A stretch of DNA of 64,000 nt from Eukaryota sp. GEM-RC1 (Eukaryota): contig JAUFOQ010000004.1 in NCBI GenBank assembly GCA_040285855.1, positions 2,170,001 through 2,234,000 of the forward strand. Direction: 5' to 3'. Under the pieces are notes generated by a model, which saw only the letters and a list, made by a program, of their open reading frames with translations, was not told the DNA's origin and did not search any database. Shown here in pieces: positions 13,271 to 26,400 of the stretch (position 1 is its first letter; each line of letters begins with the position of its first letter). Position numbers and translations under genes: made by a program.

Positions 13271-16200
13271 CCTACACGTCACTACTACTCTTCATATTAT
13301 TCCAGGAGAAGATCAGTTCCTTCTTGGATGCGACCTTATGAGAGGTCTTGGACTTCTGAAAAACAACAAATTATTCATCAACGTCAATGACGCAGGTGAT
13401 GCTCTTATAAATGCTGAAGCCTGCCTAGATACATTGCTCATCCAACCCAACATCAACTCCTTGGGCACCAACAAGATATCAAATCACTGGATCAACGACG
13501 CCCGGATTGAACTCTCTTCCAATGAGAAGCAACTCAAGTAAAGAAGCTCCTAACACAATTCAAAGATGTATTCGATAATCCTCACCCCGATGGAATCCTA
13601 TGCCCTCCTATGCCACTTCCCTTCTACGATGAATCAAAAACAGTGAATCTGCCCCCACAAAATCTCAATCCCACTAAACTTAAAATCGCCAACAAGATCT
13701 TTGACGAACTGATCTCTGACGGATTTGCCTTTGAGTCTCCAAAATTCAATGAATTCTCTTCTCCCATATGCTTAGTAATTTACCCCGATCCGCCAAAAGG
13801 CTTTTGGTAGATCTTAAGTAGCTATGAACCGAGCTTTGGACATGAACTGATGGATATCAGTGATTCTTGTTAAAGCCAGAAGACCAACTAAAGACAACCT
13901 TAGCCATACCAGGAAGAAAAATCTGCTTTAAAAGAGCCGCCTTCGGCCTGAAGAATGTATCGGCCTATTTTCAGAATACCATGAATGAGATATTTAGCAT
14001 GTCGAATGTTTACATTTATATCGACGACATCATTGTAATTGATAGTGACTTCAACAATTTTCTGAAGTCCTTATCAGAAATCTTTATGCGTGCTAGAACG
14101 CACAGAGTACGCTTTGGTATTAAGAAATGCTCGTTTGTCACTAAAGCAAGTGAGATCAAAATACTCGGATGCATCTTCCAAGAGGGAAAAAGAAAAATAG
14201 ACCCCGAAAGGATCACTGCCATTCAAAAACTCCCAATCCCTACAACGATAGGAGAACTTCGGTCATTTTGTGGCTCGGTAAATTACCTCCGAGAATGGCT
14301 ACCTAACTTGTCTCACCTTCTGCAACCACTCACAGCTTTAACAAAGAAAAATACTGCAGGAAAACCCTCCATTGCGAAGAAATGGTCAAGCCTTCATACC
14401 AAAAATTTTATCAAGATTAAAGAACTTATCTCCAACTCCGTGGAACTAGAGCTCCCTGACGACACCCATCAAATTATCGTATCAACAGATGCCTCAGAAC
14501 AAACTGTTTCTGGAGTAATCTGGAAAAAACTGGATGATAGCGATCCCCATAGCCCACTTGAAGACCAATTACTTGCACCTATCGCTTTCTTTAGCAAAAC
14601 GCTCTCAGATTCACAGGCCAACTGGCCTATTATCCAGAAAGAGCTCTTCGCCATTGTGTCTACCCTCAATCAACCCAACTTGACTTCCTATCTACTTTCC
14701 AAAAGGATCATTCTCTTCTGCGATCACAAGAACTTAGTTTTTCTCTTCGATCACCCAGAAAAAAACCGGATCGTAACACGTTGGATTCCCCTTTTAGCAA
14801 ACTTTGACCTTGAACTTGTTCATGTTGAAGGAGCTAGAAACTCATGCGCTGACTTACTCTCAAGATCGTTCCCCTCTAGTGCTGAAAAGAATTCCTTAGG
14901 AAACAGTAACGAGTCTCAATACAAACAGCCCGATAAATCAACGGTTGTCCCTCCCACGTCTCCTGACTCCCTAATCTCATCAAAAACATTTTCACTACTT
15001 GCTACACCTACTCAACATCAAGAAACCCATCCTTTACGCAACGATCTCCACGACTGCTTTGAAGAACAACACCACTCTGACTTCAACAACGAACTTCTAG
15101 AAAAAATTAGAACCGCTCAACAAATCGATTTAAGAGAAGACCCAAACCCTGCTGACTGGAACCAAGATCTAAACCTATTTACCTACAATTCCAAAATCCT
15201 TATTTCCAAAAGACTTAGGAAAGAATGGCTACTAAACCTGCACGGCTACGCCCATACTGGACATCCAACATTTAAAGAAGCTCTACAATCCCTCAAAAAC
15301 TCCCACTTCTAATGGCCCAACGCTGAATCCGACCTACGAACTCACATCTCTGAATGTCACTCTTGCCAAAAAACAGCTCCTGCCCCTGGGACAATCCATG
15401 TCCCTCACTCAGGCAAATTATTTAGCAATCGGCCATTTGAAAGTGTACATATCGACACTATGGGCCCCATTCCCTCTGACAACGAAGGTATGAAATACAT
15501 CTTTGTATTTATCGATGCCTTTTCACGGTTTACCATACTTAAAGCCTCTAAGACTAACACAGCTAATGAAGTTGCATATGCTTTAATCCACTCCGTGATT
15601 GCAAACTATGGAATTCCATTCCACATTCACTCCGATAATGGCTCAGAATTCAGCAACTCAGTGTTAACAGAATTGTTCTCACTTCTTAACATTACTAATT
15701 CTTTTGCAATTCCCCACCATCACCAGAGTAATGGATTAGTAGAACGCCGTAATAGGGATGTAAATCAGAACTTAAAACGCCTTATATATGACATCAACGA
15801 CTTCCAAAACTGGGCTTCTCATTTACCCATCATCCAGCTTATAATAAACTCAAAACTTCACAGTACGACGAAATTTACCCCTTATCAACTCCTATTTGGC
15901 ATTGACACCAACCCTAGAAGACCTTCCAATGATCTACTCAACATCTTGTTAAAAAAACCTGTAACAAAAATTCCTTCCATCAATGACCTCGTCTCAAGAA
16001 CCTCCGCTTTAAAAGAAATATGGGAAAAAGCAGACAAGAATCAGAAATCCTTATTAACTGCACCCAGCACCCAAGAAAACCTCATTAAACACTTCCCCGA
16101 AGGTTCATTTGTTCTTCGATTCAATGACAACCCGGGTCGCCTTCACGGAAAATGGCTGGGACCATACAAAGTGTTATCTAGCAAGGCAGACTCATCTACT

Positions 16201-16479
16201 CTCCTATTGCTCAACTTGATCACCAACGTAGAGTGCCACACATCCACTTATCTATGTAAACCCTTTCTGACGTCTTCTACCGATATCGAATACCTCAAAG
16301 CTGTCGCCGCTCTTGACAGGGAGGAAACGATAATCAGAAAAGTCATTTCCATTGACACTGACCTCAACGTTGTCAGTGTCGAATGGATTGATGGCTCTGT
16401 AACTAAAGAGCCTTTGGATGTAATCAAGAACGACCAGGCTTACCGCGAATTCCTTAAGAAAACCTCCCTTAGACCTTAA
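13271..16479 (+). mobile_element. pol: Ty3/Gypsy pol (protease C-half, RT, RNase H, integrase, chromodomain-like tail), disrupted
   Basis: LLGCD; FGLKN..YIDDII; TDAS..ELFAIV..DHKNL..ADLLSR; H..GH..C..CQ; HIDTMGP..HSDNGSEF..NGLVER; GKWLGPYKV; VEWIDGSVTKEP. In-frame stops at 13539 and 15310. Confidence 0.92.
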
Positions 16480-16580
16480 ACGCAAGCTTACAAGATCTAA
16501 AAGGCAACATTAATTATTACCCTTTGTCACTCCACTTACCTATGAAGATCATGAGAGATCTTCATAACGAGAAGAACCTA

Positions 16581-16680
16581 TGTTGTGACACGTGTCAAAG
16601 TGTCATGACAAATCTCCTTCATAGTCTTTTCTTCTTCTTCTTACAATAAACTACTTCTAAAAGCGCTTTCCCCATCAATA
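16581..16680 (+). repeat. 3' LTR (100 bp) of the Gypsy element
   Basis: Follows the integrase stop and a purine-rich GAGAAGAA tract; contains AATAAA; matches 10428-10526 inverted. Confidence 0.9.
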
Positions 16681-16899
16681 GAGATGAATTTGTTAAATGT
16701 AATCTTAGTCATTGTTTTGCAAATTCCTATTTTTGTGGTACACCATACTTCACCAAAAGAAAAGGAATCGTAAAATTATATAGTTGGAAAACTCAATACC
16801 GTATTTTAACTCATACACTCAAAAGTCACAGTTTTTCTAAATACGCAATATCCTTGATCCAAAAAGAGAAACATCGAAACTGAAACACGTATTTGGAAT

Positions 16900-16962
16900 C
16901 AGTGAACGCTAACACGTAACACGCGTGTTAGATTCAATTTTGTAACGTGTTATCGTTCACAG
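16900..16962. mobile_element. 63-bp hAT-type micro-MITE
   Basis: Imperfect TIRs CAGTGAACGCTAACACGT / ACGTGTTATCGTTCACAG; perfect 8-bp TSD TTTGGAAT. Confidence 0.75.
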
Positions 16963-17849
16963 TTTGGAATATGATTTTACATTTAATTATTTAATTAGTT
17001 GACTTGAGAATATACTGGGAATGTATCGAATTTTCTACAGCTGTTTAAGAATTAATCGAAGTGTAAGACATCGTTCTAACACAACATTTGTTACAATTAC
17101 ACTCTGTAGTAGAATTGCTTGAGTGACACGATTTAAGCCACGAATTATAGAGATTTCCTCATTATTGGTCTGAAAATGTGTTTTGGGAAAGTGATGCAAA
17201 ACTGGTTCAACATGATTGGGGAATCGATGAGCTTTGAACAGGAAAGAACACGAATACCATACTCAACCATGAACTTAACTTATATGAATATAAAACCACC
17301 GTTTTTCTGTTTAACGGATCAGTATGGATTGATTGAATTGTGTTTGTGCTTTATACAAGCACTTTTAAGTTTTTAAGCTCCATAAATTTGAAACTGTATA
17401 GAGACAGTTGTCATGTTGATATGGAGAATTTTAGTTCTTAAATGTCCTCAATTAGTAAAAATTAAGCTGTTGCAAAAAATACTCTCGTTTGAAATGATGC
17501 TACCCACACTAGTTCACTTTGTGAACTCACAACCAAAATATCACTTTGAATAATTTACTATATATGTAGGCCACAATGCTAATTACAGACGCATGTACCA
17601 TGTAGGCACAATATATCCGATGATCTATCCGTTTGATATTCCTCTTTTTTTAAACAATTTTGCTAAATTAAAAACATTTATGTACATGTACTTTCTTATA
17701 GACGACCTTATATTGACACACAATCCGCATTCAGGATGTTAGTTTAAGGTCCATCATTGGTGTTTTCTACTTATAATGCAAAATGAAGAACACCATGGAT
17801 ACCAATAACTGTTCTACAGTAGTTGTTTGAATGAACATCGATTTTTCCC

Positions 17850-19800
17850 ATGAAATGTTTCTCCTGTAGCAAACCTTTCAACCTCATCCTCCTGAAACGC
17901 CTTCCTTTGTTGATTTGTAAGAAGGATCACATCGTTTGCTCAAACTGTTCTTCTCTTTTTCAGAACTGTCCTATCTGCCACTTACCTTGCCTTGACGAAA
18001 GAAAAGTCACTTATACAATGAAAGAGACACAACTTTCTGAACATCTTCCATCACACACTGATGTTATCCACAAACTAACACTTTCTAACAGCTCTTTATC
18101 GAAGGAGATGTTGGAGCTACACCGGAAGGTTCAGAAACTGGAAGCAGATGCTGTAGTTATGCGAAAACGATTGTCAAACATGGAAAATTGCCGTCTTCCT
18201 AGTCTACAACCTTTCATCAAACAACGGCGACTATCACTACCGGTAGTTGCTCACAGTACTCCTCCTTGTTACGTGTCATCCTGCCATGTGTCACTTAAGG
18301 TCCCTTTTCCTCCTAATGTATCTACGTTTCTATATTCTCCCTATAAGAAAGCATTTGATCGTGTTTGGTATGCTTTTTTTCTCAACAACTAACCATAGGA
18401 GAATCGTTGTTCAATTTTCTCCTTCAACTGATGAAGTTTCTTTTCATCTTGTGGTTGACCGTACAATATGTGATTCTTATCTTCTTGAATTCCTTCTTCA
18501 TAGTTCTCTTCCGAATACAACCAAAAAGAGGTCCGCTGATCACGTATTCACCTCTACAATTTGGGGATACGATAGATTTGTCTCTTTTAGTCAACTTTCT
18601 TCTTCTCTTTCTCCATATGTAAATGCTGAGGAAATTCACTTTGAAGTAAAGACTTCTCCCTCCAAGGTAGACACTTCCTTTTCTTCTAATGACGCTAGAG
18701 TTTGTCATTCATTCATTGGTTTAAAGAACAATGATAACACTTCTTACCTCAATGTGCTCCTACAATGTCTTTTCCACACATCTCTCTTCAGAAATGCAGT
18801 TCTCTCAATTCCCAATGAGGAAGGTTCTGACCCTCATGACTCTTTATCTCTTGCTCTCCAACGCTTCTTCTTAGAACTTTCCACTTCTAAGCAGTCCTTG
18901 TCTACTACCAATCTTAAACTGTTTTTAGATTTGTCTGAATCTCGTACCACTCGAGATTGTTTCAACTCTATATGTAATAGTCTCAAAAGTGACACGTCAT
19001 CATTTAAAAGTGAAATAAGTGATATTACTCGTCAAGAGAACTTAATCACTAAACTGTTTCAATGGCAACTTTGCTCATACACTAAGTACGTAGACGTTGA
19101 TTACGAGTCTTCACAAGTCAAGACCTTTTATGACCTTTCTCTTGAAGTCAAGGGATGTTCAAATATTTACGAATCTTTTGAAAAATATCCAGAAGATAAA
19201 ATTCTTGAAGGTAACAACCGGTATTTTACCAAGAAACAAGGTGCTCAGGAAACTCTTAAGGAAGTTAAGTTTAAATCTTTCCCTCCAATTCTTGTTTGTC
19301 ATTTGAAGCGGTTTGAGTATGACTTTCATACAGACAATCAGGTCAAAATCAACGACAAGTATGAGTTTTATTCAGAGATTTCTCTTGATGATTGTTTAGA
19401 AGATGGAGCTGACAGAACTATTGATCAAAAGTTTCTTCTACATTCTGTTCTGGTGCACTCAGGTGACGTGGATGGGGGTCATCATTACGCTTTCATTCGA
19501 CCTTCATTACTCAACAAATCGTGGTTTATGTTTGATGATGAAGTTGTTGAAAAAGTTGATGCAGTGGATGCAATTGAAGGGAATTTTGGAGGCCAAATGA
19601 CTATGACAACTATTGGCGGAGTACCTGACAATGAGATTAGTAGTACACTTGAGTATAGAGCTCGTGGTAATCGTCATCAATCACGTCATCAATCACCTGC
19701 AAGTAGAAGAGTTCAAAGATGTGGTAGTGCATATATGCTTGTGTATATTAGGGAAAGTGACTATGATGACGTCATGAATGACGTGATAATTGAACTCTAG
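17850..19800 (+). CDS. RING finger - coiled coil - MATH-like - USP7-like (peptidase C19) protein; catalytic Cys replaced by Ser; one frameshift at a T7 run near 18375
   Basis: CFSC..CKKDHIVCSNC..CPIC; WGYDRFVS; GLKNNDNTSYLNVLLQ; LKRFEYD..KINDKYEF; HSVLVHSGDVDGGHHYAFIRP; WFMFDDEVV; AYMLVYIR. Confidence 0.85.
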
Positions 19801-19940
19801 TTTGGTTCAGTTAAACCACATCCTAGTTCATGGTGTGTGCACGTCAAACGTCTTTGTTTGTTTACCGTTTTTTAAAAACGGTTGTTTCTATTAAACAGTT
19901 GTGTTTCAGTGATTCTATTCAGTGAAAAAAGTAATTTCTT

Positions 19941-20373
19941 TCACTTGGAGTTTCTTTGCAACTTTTTACCAAATATTTTAAAGTCAGCTGGAAATTCAGG
20001 GTTGAAAACTTCCCAGTACTTTTCAAGTAGTTTATGAGATTTTAGGTATGAGGTTTTTCTACGAGTTGAGGATTCAATTTTTTCATTTCCATTTCGCGAT
20101 GGAACGAAGTGCGTGATCACGTGACTGTCTTGTACGGTTGGTGTGACATTTCTTGACATGGTGAAGAGAACACTTGACAGAAATTCCTGTGATTAGGTTG
20201 CGAATGAGGCAATTCGAAGGGTGGAAGGAAACGACCTCAACTAAGTAAGGACCAGTCCACTTTCCATGGGTCTTGTACAGCACAAACGGAAAGAGGGTCT
20301 GGGAATCGTCTTCTTGAAATTCTTCCAGCTCAATGTGGATTCCTTTTTCAGTCATTAGTCCTAATCTTGTCAA
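19941..20373 (-). pseudogene. Remnant of the integrase C-terminus of a second Gypsy family
   Basis: KTHGKWTGPYLVEVVS..RNLITG resembles LHGKWLGPYKV..LNLITN of the pol at ~16140. Confidence 0.65.
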
Positions 20374-20736
20374 AATATCACAATTTGGTTCAACCCATTG
20401 AGACAGTTAAGGTAGATACAACAGTTATTCTGCCGAAATTAAGCCGTCTTTCTAAGCCGTTGATGGAAAAAACGAAATTCAGATATAAGAAAATTCTTTC
20501 GGTTATACTGATTGTCCATTCATTAGAGAGCTAATCAGTCTTGACACTGATACGATTTAGAGGTCACGATTCGCATTGGTAGATACCAACATTTGGTACA
20601 CAGATGTTGAACTTTGTCGACTTAGAATATTATATGCCATTGATTGAGGGTCACAAATCATCATTTGAGTCCAATAAAACAACGGTTAAAAACTCCGACA
20701 TTGTTTTCCAGATTGATTTAAGCAAGAACCACTTTT

Positions 20737-21400
20737 CTAAGCATGATGAGTGCTATACGAATACAATTTCTTCATTGCGACCATATTGTCTTTTGCTGAT
20801 GTTTTCTGTTGACGGGCACTTATCATAAAGAAAGCATGTGATGCTCTTGAACTGGCTGTAGCGTTTTTGTGAAAGTTGTGTACACATGGACATCGACTTT
20901 CGAAATCAATTGAGCTATCCAAACTCAACATTTGCTGAAATACCTCTTCTATGTGGCGGGATCTGGCTATTTTCCTTTTTTGTTGATACTGAACAGATAT
21001 AGAAGTTCTTTCCCTTTGATTGAAGAACAGAATTGTGTTGAGGTTCCCTTTAGTACTATAACCATCTATGGAATATTCAACTCCAATACCGAATAATTGA
21101 TGGAACAATAACGTCACAAATCGTATTTTTATTGATTCAACTACATTTGGTAAATGCGGTTGAACCCAATCATGACTTGATGGTCCATAATAGTCTGGTC
21201 TTACTTGTTGATTTTTTATGAGCTTGGACTAATCATGTCAACGCATCTGTGAATAGTGGATGTGGAACCATAGGAAAAGGTGCTTCAAGAGATTCCATTG
21301 GCACCGTAAATTGTCGGCCAATTGAGGCTTCCATTTGCGCAGTTGAGAAATAACAACTTATTCCTATGGGGATTAGCAATTTTTTAGCAGGTCTCATTAT
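20737..21400 (-). pseudogene. Degenerate PIF/Harbinger-like transposase remnant
   Basis: STSTIHRC (alternative frame), SIDG, FFNQRERTSISVQ, ARSRHIEEVF and CVHNF echo DDE_Tnp_4 motifs in order. No TIRs found. Confidence 0.5.
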
Positions 21401-21989
21401 TCTGTATTTAAACTTATTTATCTTTAGTACTTTTTGGGCTTTCATGGTTATTTTTCCTTCTTAGTGAAAGCTTTTCGACATTGTTGTACTCCACTCTGTT
21501 GGAATGAGTTGCAGCTTAAAATATTCCGTTTTCTGAGCTGTATATTGTTTTTAACTGTGTGATCATCAGCGAATACAGGGATTTCTAGAAAAAGATGCCT
21601 GAAAATTACAATGAAATAACTGAACAATGATAATAATCCCACCAGATTATATTACACACAAAATCAATGTTACAAATAGAAGCTACAGTTTGACATTCAA
21701 TAATAAATAGATCAGTTTATAAAAAATATATGCAAAGTTTAAGTCATAAATTACCGGTACTTAATAGATATGATATGCTCCACATCGATTCTTACCTACT
21801 ATACCTATCGATCCGATACAAGTTGTTCAGAGTCTACTCAGAAACGTGGTGATTTTATTGGCTATAAATTGTAATTCCATGAAATTATAGTTGATTTTAC
21901 TTCTGACACTTGCAAATCTTTAGCTAAGGCTAACATTTTGAATAATTCAAACGATCCACTGAATTATGCTGAGAACGCAAAAGTATCAA

Positions 21990-22200
21990 AGTGCGGACTC
22001 CGAGCATCAAGTTGCTGTTTCAAATTCACAGCGAAACAATAATAGTGTCTTTCAACCTTTTACGGTGTCTTAACACGGAAATTTGGGTTCCTCTACAAAC
22101 GAGTTTGTACATTTGTTTGCAAATTTGGGTTCAGAATATGCTGAGAAGTGTAACGTGTCGTACTGGAAGAGTAAAAAACTTGCTTTTTCGATTTTAAGTA
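21990..22200 (+). mobile_element. Degenerate 3' fragment of an RLE non-LTR element
   Basis: Nucleotide similarity to 61965-62140 (gtctttcaaccttt..cggaaatttgggttc). Confidence 0.6.
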
Positions 22201-22203
22201 TTC

Positions 22204-22450
22204 TTAGCTATCAAATCTTACAATAGCTTTGTCGTCATAAAATGAACTCACAGCTAGTAGAGCGTTGGAGATGATTAGCGTAATTGTTTTAAAATCACTG
22301 AAAACGATACTATTCAACCATAACAAATGATCAAAACGTTTGTACATCCTATTTTTTACGATTTGTCCGAAATCGTTTAAAAATTCAATACACTTGTTTC
22401 CAAAACGGTCGTAAATTGAAACATCAACAGGGTATAATTCATAATCAACA
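22204..22450 (-). mobile_element. Degenerate 3' fragment of an RLE non-LTR element
   Basis: YELYPVDVSIYDRFG..KRFDHLLWLNSIVF; homologous to 37150-37390(+) and 61075-61230(+). Confidence 0.7.
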
Positions 22451-23410
22451 TGTTTTTCATGTTTCAGAGTCTTCGACGGTTTTTGGTGGGAATCCTGTTC
22501 GGCTGATTCAGAAATGTCTAAAGGGGAAGTTTCTTCAGAACTGTTTTCAGCGACCAAAAATTACTAAACAAGATCACTCAGGGAAAAAGTTTCCCATTTC
22601 ACAACGGAGACGATTGAGATAGAAACTGGATGTATTCTGAAGAGGATGAGAACTTCTTGTTGGATATCGATTCCAAAACTCGGAAACAAATCTCTTTCCG
22701 CCGCCCATGAAAGCTGCTGTTGTCCATCAATGTGCAAAAATACATCCCAGGCCTCCAAGATGTGCAAATGAAAGTGTGTGGCTATATAAAAATGACACTG
22801 ATTTAACGCACCACAAAACGCACCATAAATTGATTTTTTTGTCCTTACGCACCACATTTATACGAAACGGACCATAAATTCATTTTCCATTTTTTGAAGA
22901 ATGAATGAGAGACAATCCTAATTTTGTTAAACGCTCTACAGAAGTTGGGAGCAAGGGACCTTACAAGACGAGTAATTGTTCAACTAATGACTAATTAAGT
23001 ATAAAAATGACCTTGCGTTACAACTTCGTTAAAAATTTGTGAATTGTCAATGTCACCTCACAAGCAAGTCTCACTATATTACTTTGTAAGTGAGTAAATG
23101 GCAATAGTTGTTTGTCATAATGATAGCGAAACACTTTCATATCATCCTCAAAAAATTGTTGTCACTGTATGAATTTCAGTTGTCACTGCGACCAAAGGGT
23201 AAGTTTGTTAGATCATAGACGACTATACATTACGTTGTTTATGATTGTTAGAGACTACTACTGATAGATCATGACCAAATACTGGATTATTGAACAGACC
23301 TGAAGTCAATGACTGAATGGAATGGAATCGGAATCAGTTTGAGCATTGTGTTTTCAAACACAAAAGAGGAATGTCAATTGATTCCAGAATAGATTGTTGA
23401 ATCCTATGCG

Positions 23411-26400
23411 ATGACCCAAACTCGCGCAATCGTGCTGATTCTCTTCCTTTTGCCCTGTGTCTTCCCTCTTCATGGTGTACTTGTGGAGTGGAAATCCTCC
23501 AATGATGGATGTTGGTCCTCCGATGACAACTGGGATCCTTCCGAAACTCCTTCTGATCTCTCCTCGGTCCAATTCTCAATATCCTCGCCTCCTATCACCG
23601 TTACCATCGATACGAATGTCACTATTACTAATCTCACCCTCGTTGATGACGTCACTCTCCTATTCACTAACAATGCTTCTCTCACGGTCCTAAACTCTTT
23701 CACAATGTATGGAGGTTCTTTGAAGAGTCATTCATCTTCTTTCCTCTCAAACACTTCCACAACTCTTCTTGTTCTTGATGGCTTTGACTTTTCTCTTTCA
23801 TTTCACATCTTGATTGTCACTTTCAACATCTCTTGGCTTCACGGTGTATTCTCCTTAGACATCTCTAGTAAACTGATCTTGAGTCATTCCTCCTTCTACA
23901 TTGATGCCACTCCAGAGCTACAAGGTAGTAGTCGTATATTTGTCTGGGGGTCGAATAGCCAGTCTAAATTTGGTATCCCTGGTGAATCCTTTCTCTCTCC
24001 TCAGTCTGTTCATCTTCCTTCCCCTGTTCGTGAAGTTTCAATGGGAATTAGTCACACGTTGATCCTTCTATCAAATGGTGACGTTTACAGTGCTGGTAGT
24101 AACGACTCTTTTCAAATCGGACGAATCTTAGGTAGTCGGGATGAGTTTCATAGAGTTGACATTCCAAAAGCTGTTCAAGTAAATGCTGGAGACTACTCAA
24201 GTTTTGCTTTAATGGATGATGGGACGTTCTATTGCTGGGGTGGAAATGAATATCACCAATTGGGTTTAGGAGGGGAATCAACTGCTGATCAATTAGTTCC
24301 AGTTTATAATGATTACATCGATGACATCATCAAACTTTCTGGAACTAGAAACTCCTTCTTTGGTTTGACCTCTAATGGTGACGTGTATTCTTGGGGTAAT
24401 AATCCAGGTGGATGTTTATGCTTGGGTAGTACAAACAATGATGATCGCTCTGACCACCCTGATCATATCAAAAATATTGATCCTGTTGAGTTTGTTGCCT
24501 CTGGAGTTACTACTTATTTAATTTACAAGGATCATACTACTGATTTTTGTGGAAGACTTTGGGGTTCTCCCACCACAATGTACGGAGTTCCTACTCCTTT
24601 CCAAAAAAGCAAGTCTTTTGTCTTTATTGCTACCACTCATTCTTCAGCCATAGGCATTGATTATCATCAGAAACTTTGGAGTTGGGGCGAAAATGGTAGT
24701 GGTAGATTAGGGGATGGAACTACAGATAACTCTATAGAGCCTGTTTCAGTAATAGAAGTAGGACCGATTATCTCAGCTTCTGCTGGTGGAGCACATAAAG
24801 CCGTTGTTGATGCTACAGGACAGGTGTATACTTGGGGCAATAGACTAGGCGGCAGACTGGCACGAGATACAAATCCTAATGGTCAAAAAAATTCCTACAC
24901 CAATTCCAAACTTTGCTAAAAACACAGATCACTTACTGAGCTCTAATCACGCTTCGACAATAGCTTATGAAAGAATGTCCCTGGGTGTACCCCCGGGGTT
25001 CAAGGGGAATGGATCTTTGGTTCTTGATAATTCTGAGCTACATCTACTATCAATGACTGCTTCACTTAGTCAAATTTCAGTAAGAAACTCTTTACTAACT
25101 TCAGTTAATGTTTCTTATGAAAATGTCAGAGATTTCGATTTGACTTTTTCAACTGTCAAATTGATCGAATATTCGACCATTTCATCAAATGATTTTGTAT
25201 TAGAGTTAGAAAGTAGTGAGCTCTACCTGGAGGAAGAGGTTGTAATCACTTCGTCTTCTAGCATTCTGATTGCAATCAACAGTCGGATATTTTACTGGAC
25301 AGAATTTTTCGAATTTGTAATAGTAAAGTTGAAATTTTCTTCTATTCACACAAATTTAAATAATGAAGTTACTTTTGACTCATTTGATTGTTTTCATTGT
25401 CAACTCTTGACTAATCAAAAAGTCAACGTAACAAGTCACTTCAAAATCAATTCCGCCAATATCTCTGCTAGTATTGAGCTTCAAGAATCGGTTTCTGATG
25501 CGATACTCAATGGAAATGTAAGAATCTCCAATAATTTAAAATTGTATTCTCCAACAAAATTTATTGATCTACAACTCTCCACTGTAAATTCAGAACTACC
25601 AATTAAACCATCTTTACAGTGTTTTTCTAATGTATTGATTCAAAATTCAGTTTCCACATTGAATGTTGACGCTGACTTTAAACACAATATCCTTCTTTTC
25701 AATGCTTCACTTCTATTGGATCAAGATTTAGTTATTAAACACAAACTTTCTGGCTCTGGATTAATTGAATCAAATGTTATAAATTATGGTTTAATAGTTC
25801 CAGATAAGAGTCTTCAATTTTCTGAAAGTCTGTCCCTGTACAATTCTTCAACTTTAAAATATTTACTATCATCAACCTTCGATCACCAAATTTCTATAGT
25901 TGATGACGTGTATCTTTCTGGAATATTACTAATTGAAGTTGTTCTTACACATGACATAATTGGTAGAGATCTTGAGTTAATTAATGCTGGTCAATTAATT
26001 GGAAATTTTAGTGAAATTCATTGTGATTGTAATTCAATATTATCTATTTCTTATACTTCTTCTTATGTTTTTGCTTCTGTTAATGATTACATTGTCAACT
26101 TGAACCAGGTTTCTTACATTTCTACTACTGGTTTTGATGACCCTTGTTGTGGTACTTTTAACAGTCCCTGCGCTTCTTTTAAAGGAGTTTTAGAAAGAAT
26201 GGGAAGAAAAGGGAAGGTTTATTTCCATGGAGGAAGTTACTCTATTCAACAAGGATTGGGGAATGTAAGGGATGTTGATTGGGAAGTGATTGGTCTTGGT
26301 GACGTGATGATTGAAGGAATGTATGAGACTGTATTTGAGATTGATGATTCAGTTTTTGTTCTCTCAAATGTTTCTGTAAATACTTCTACTTGTAGAACTT

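Noticed and set aside
22564..22880. Possible hAT C-terminal domain and terminus (CGCACCA repeats)
   Set aside because: Motif match is too loose and no partner TIR or TSD was found
23930..24970. Diversity-generating retroelement acting on the RCC1 region
   Set aside because: No template/variable repeat pair with adenine-specific differences was seen; the nearby RT is Gypsy-type
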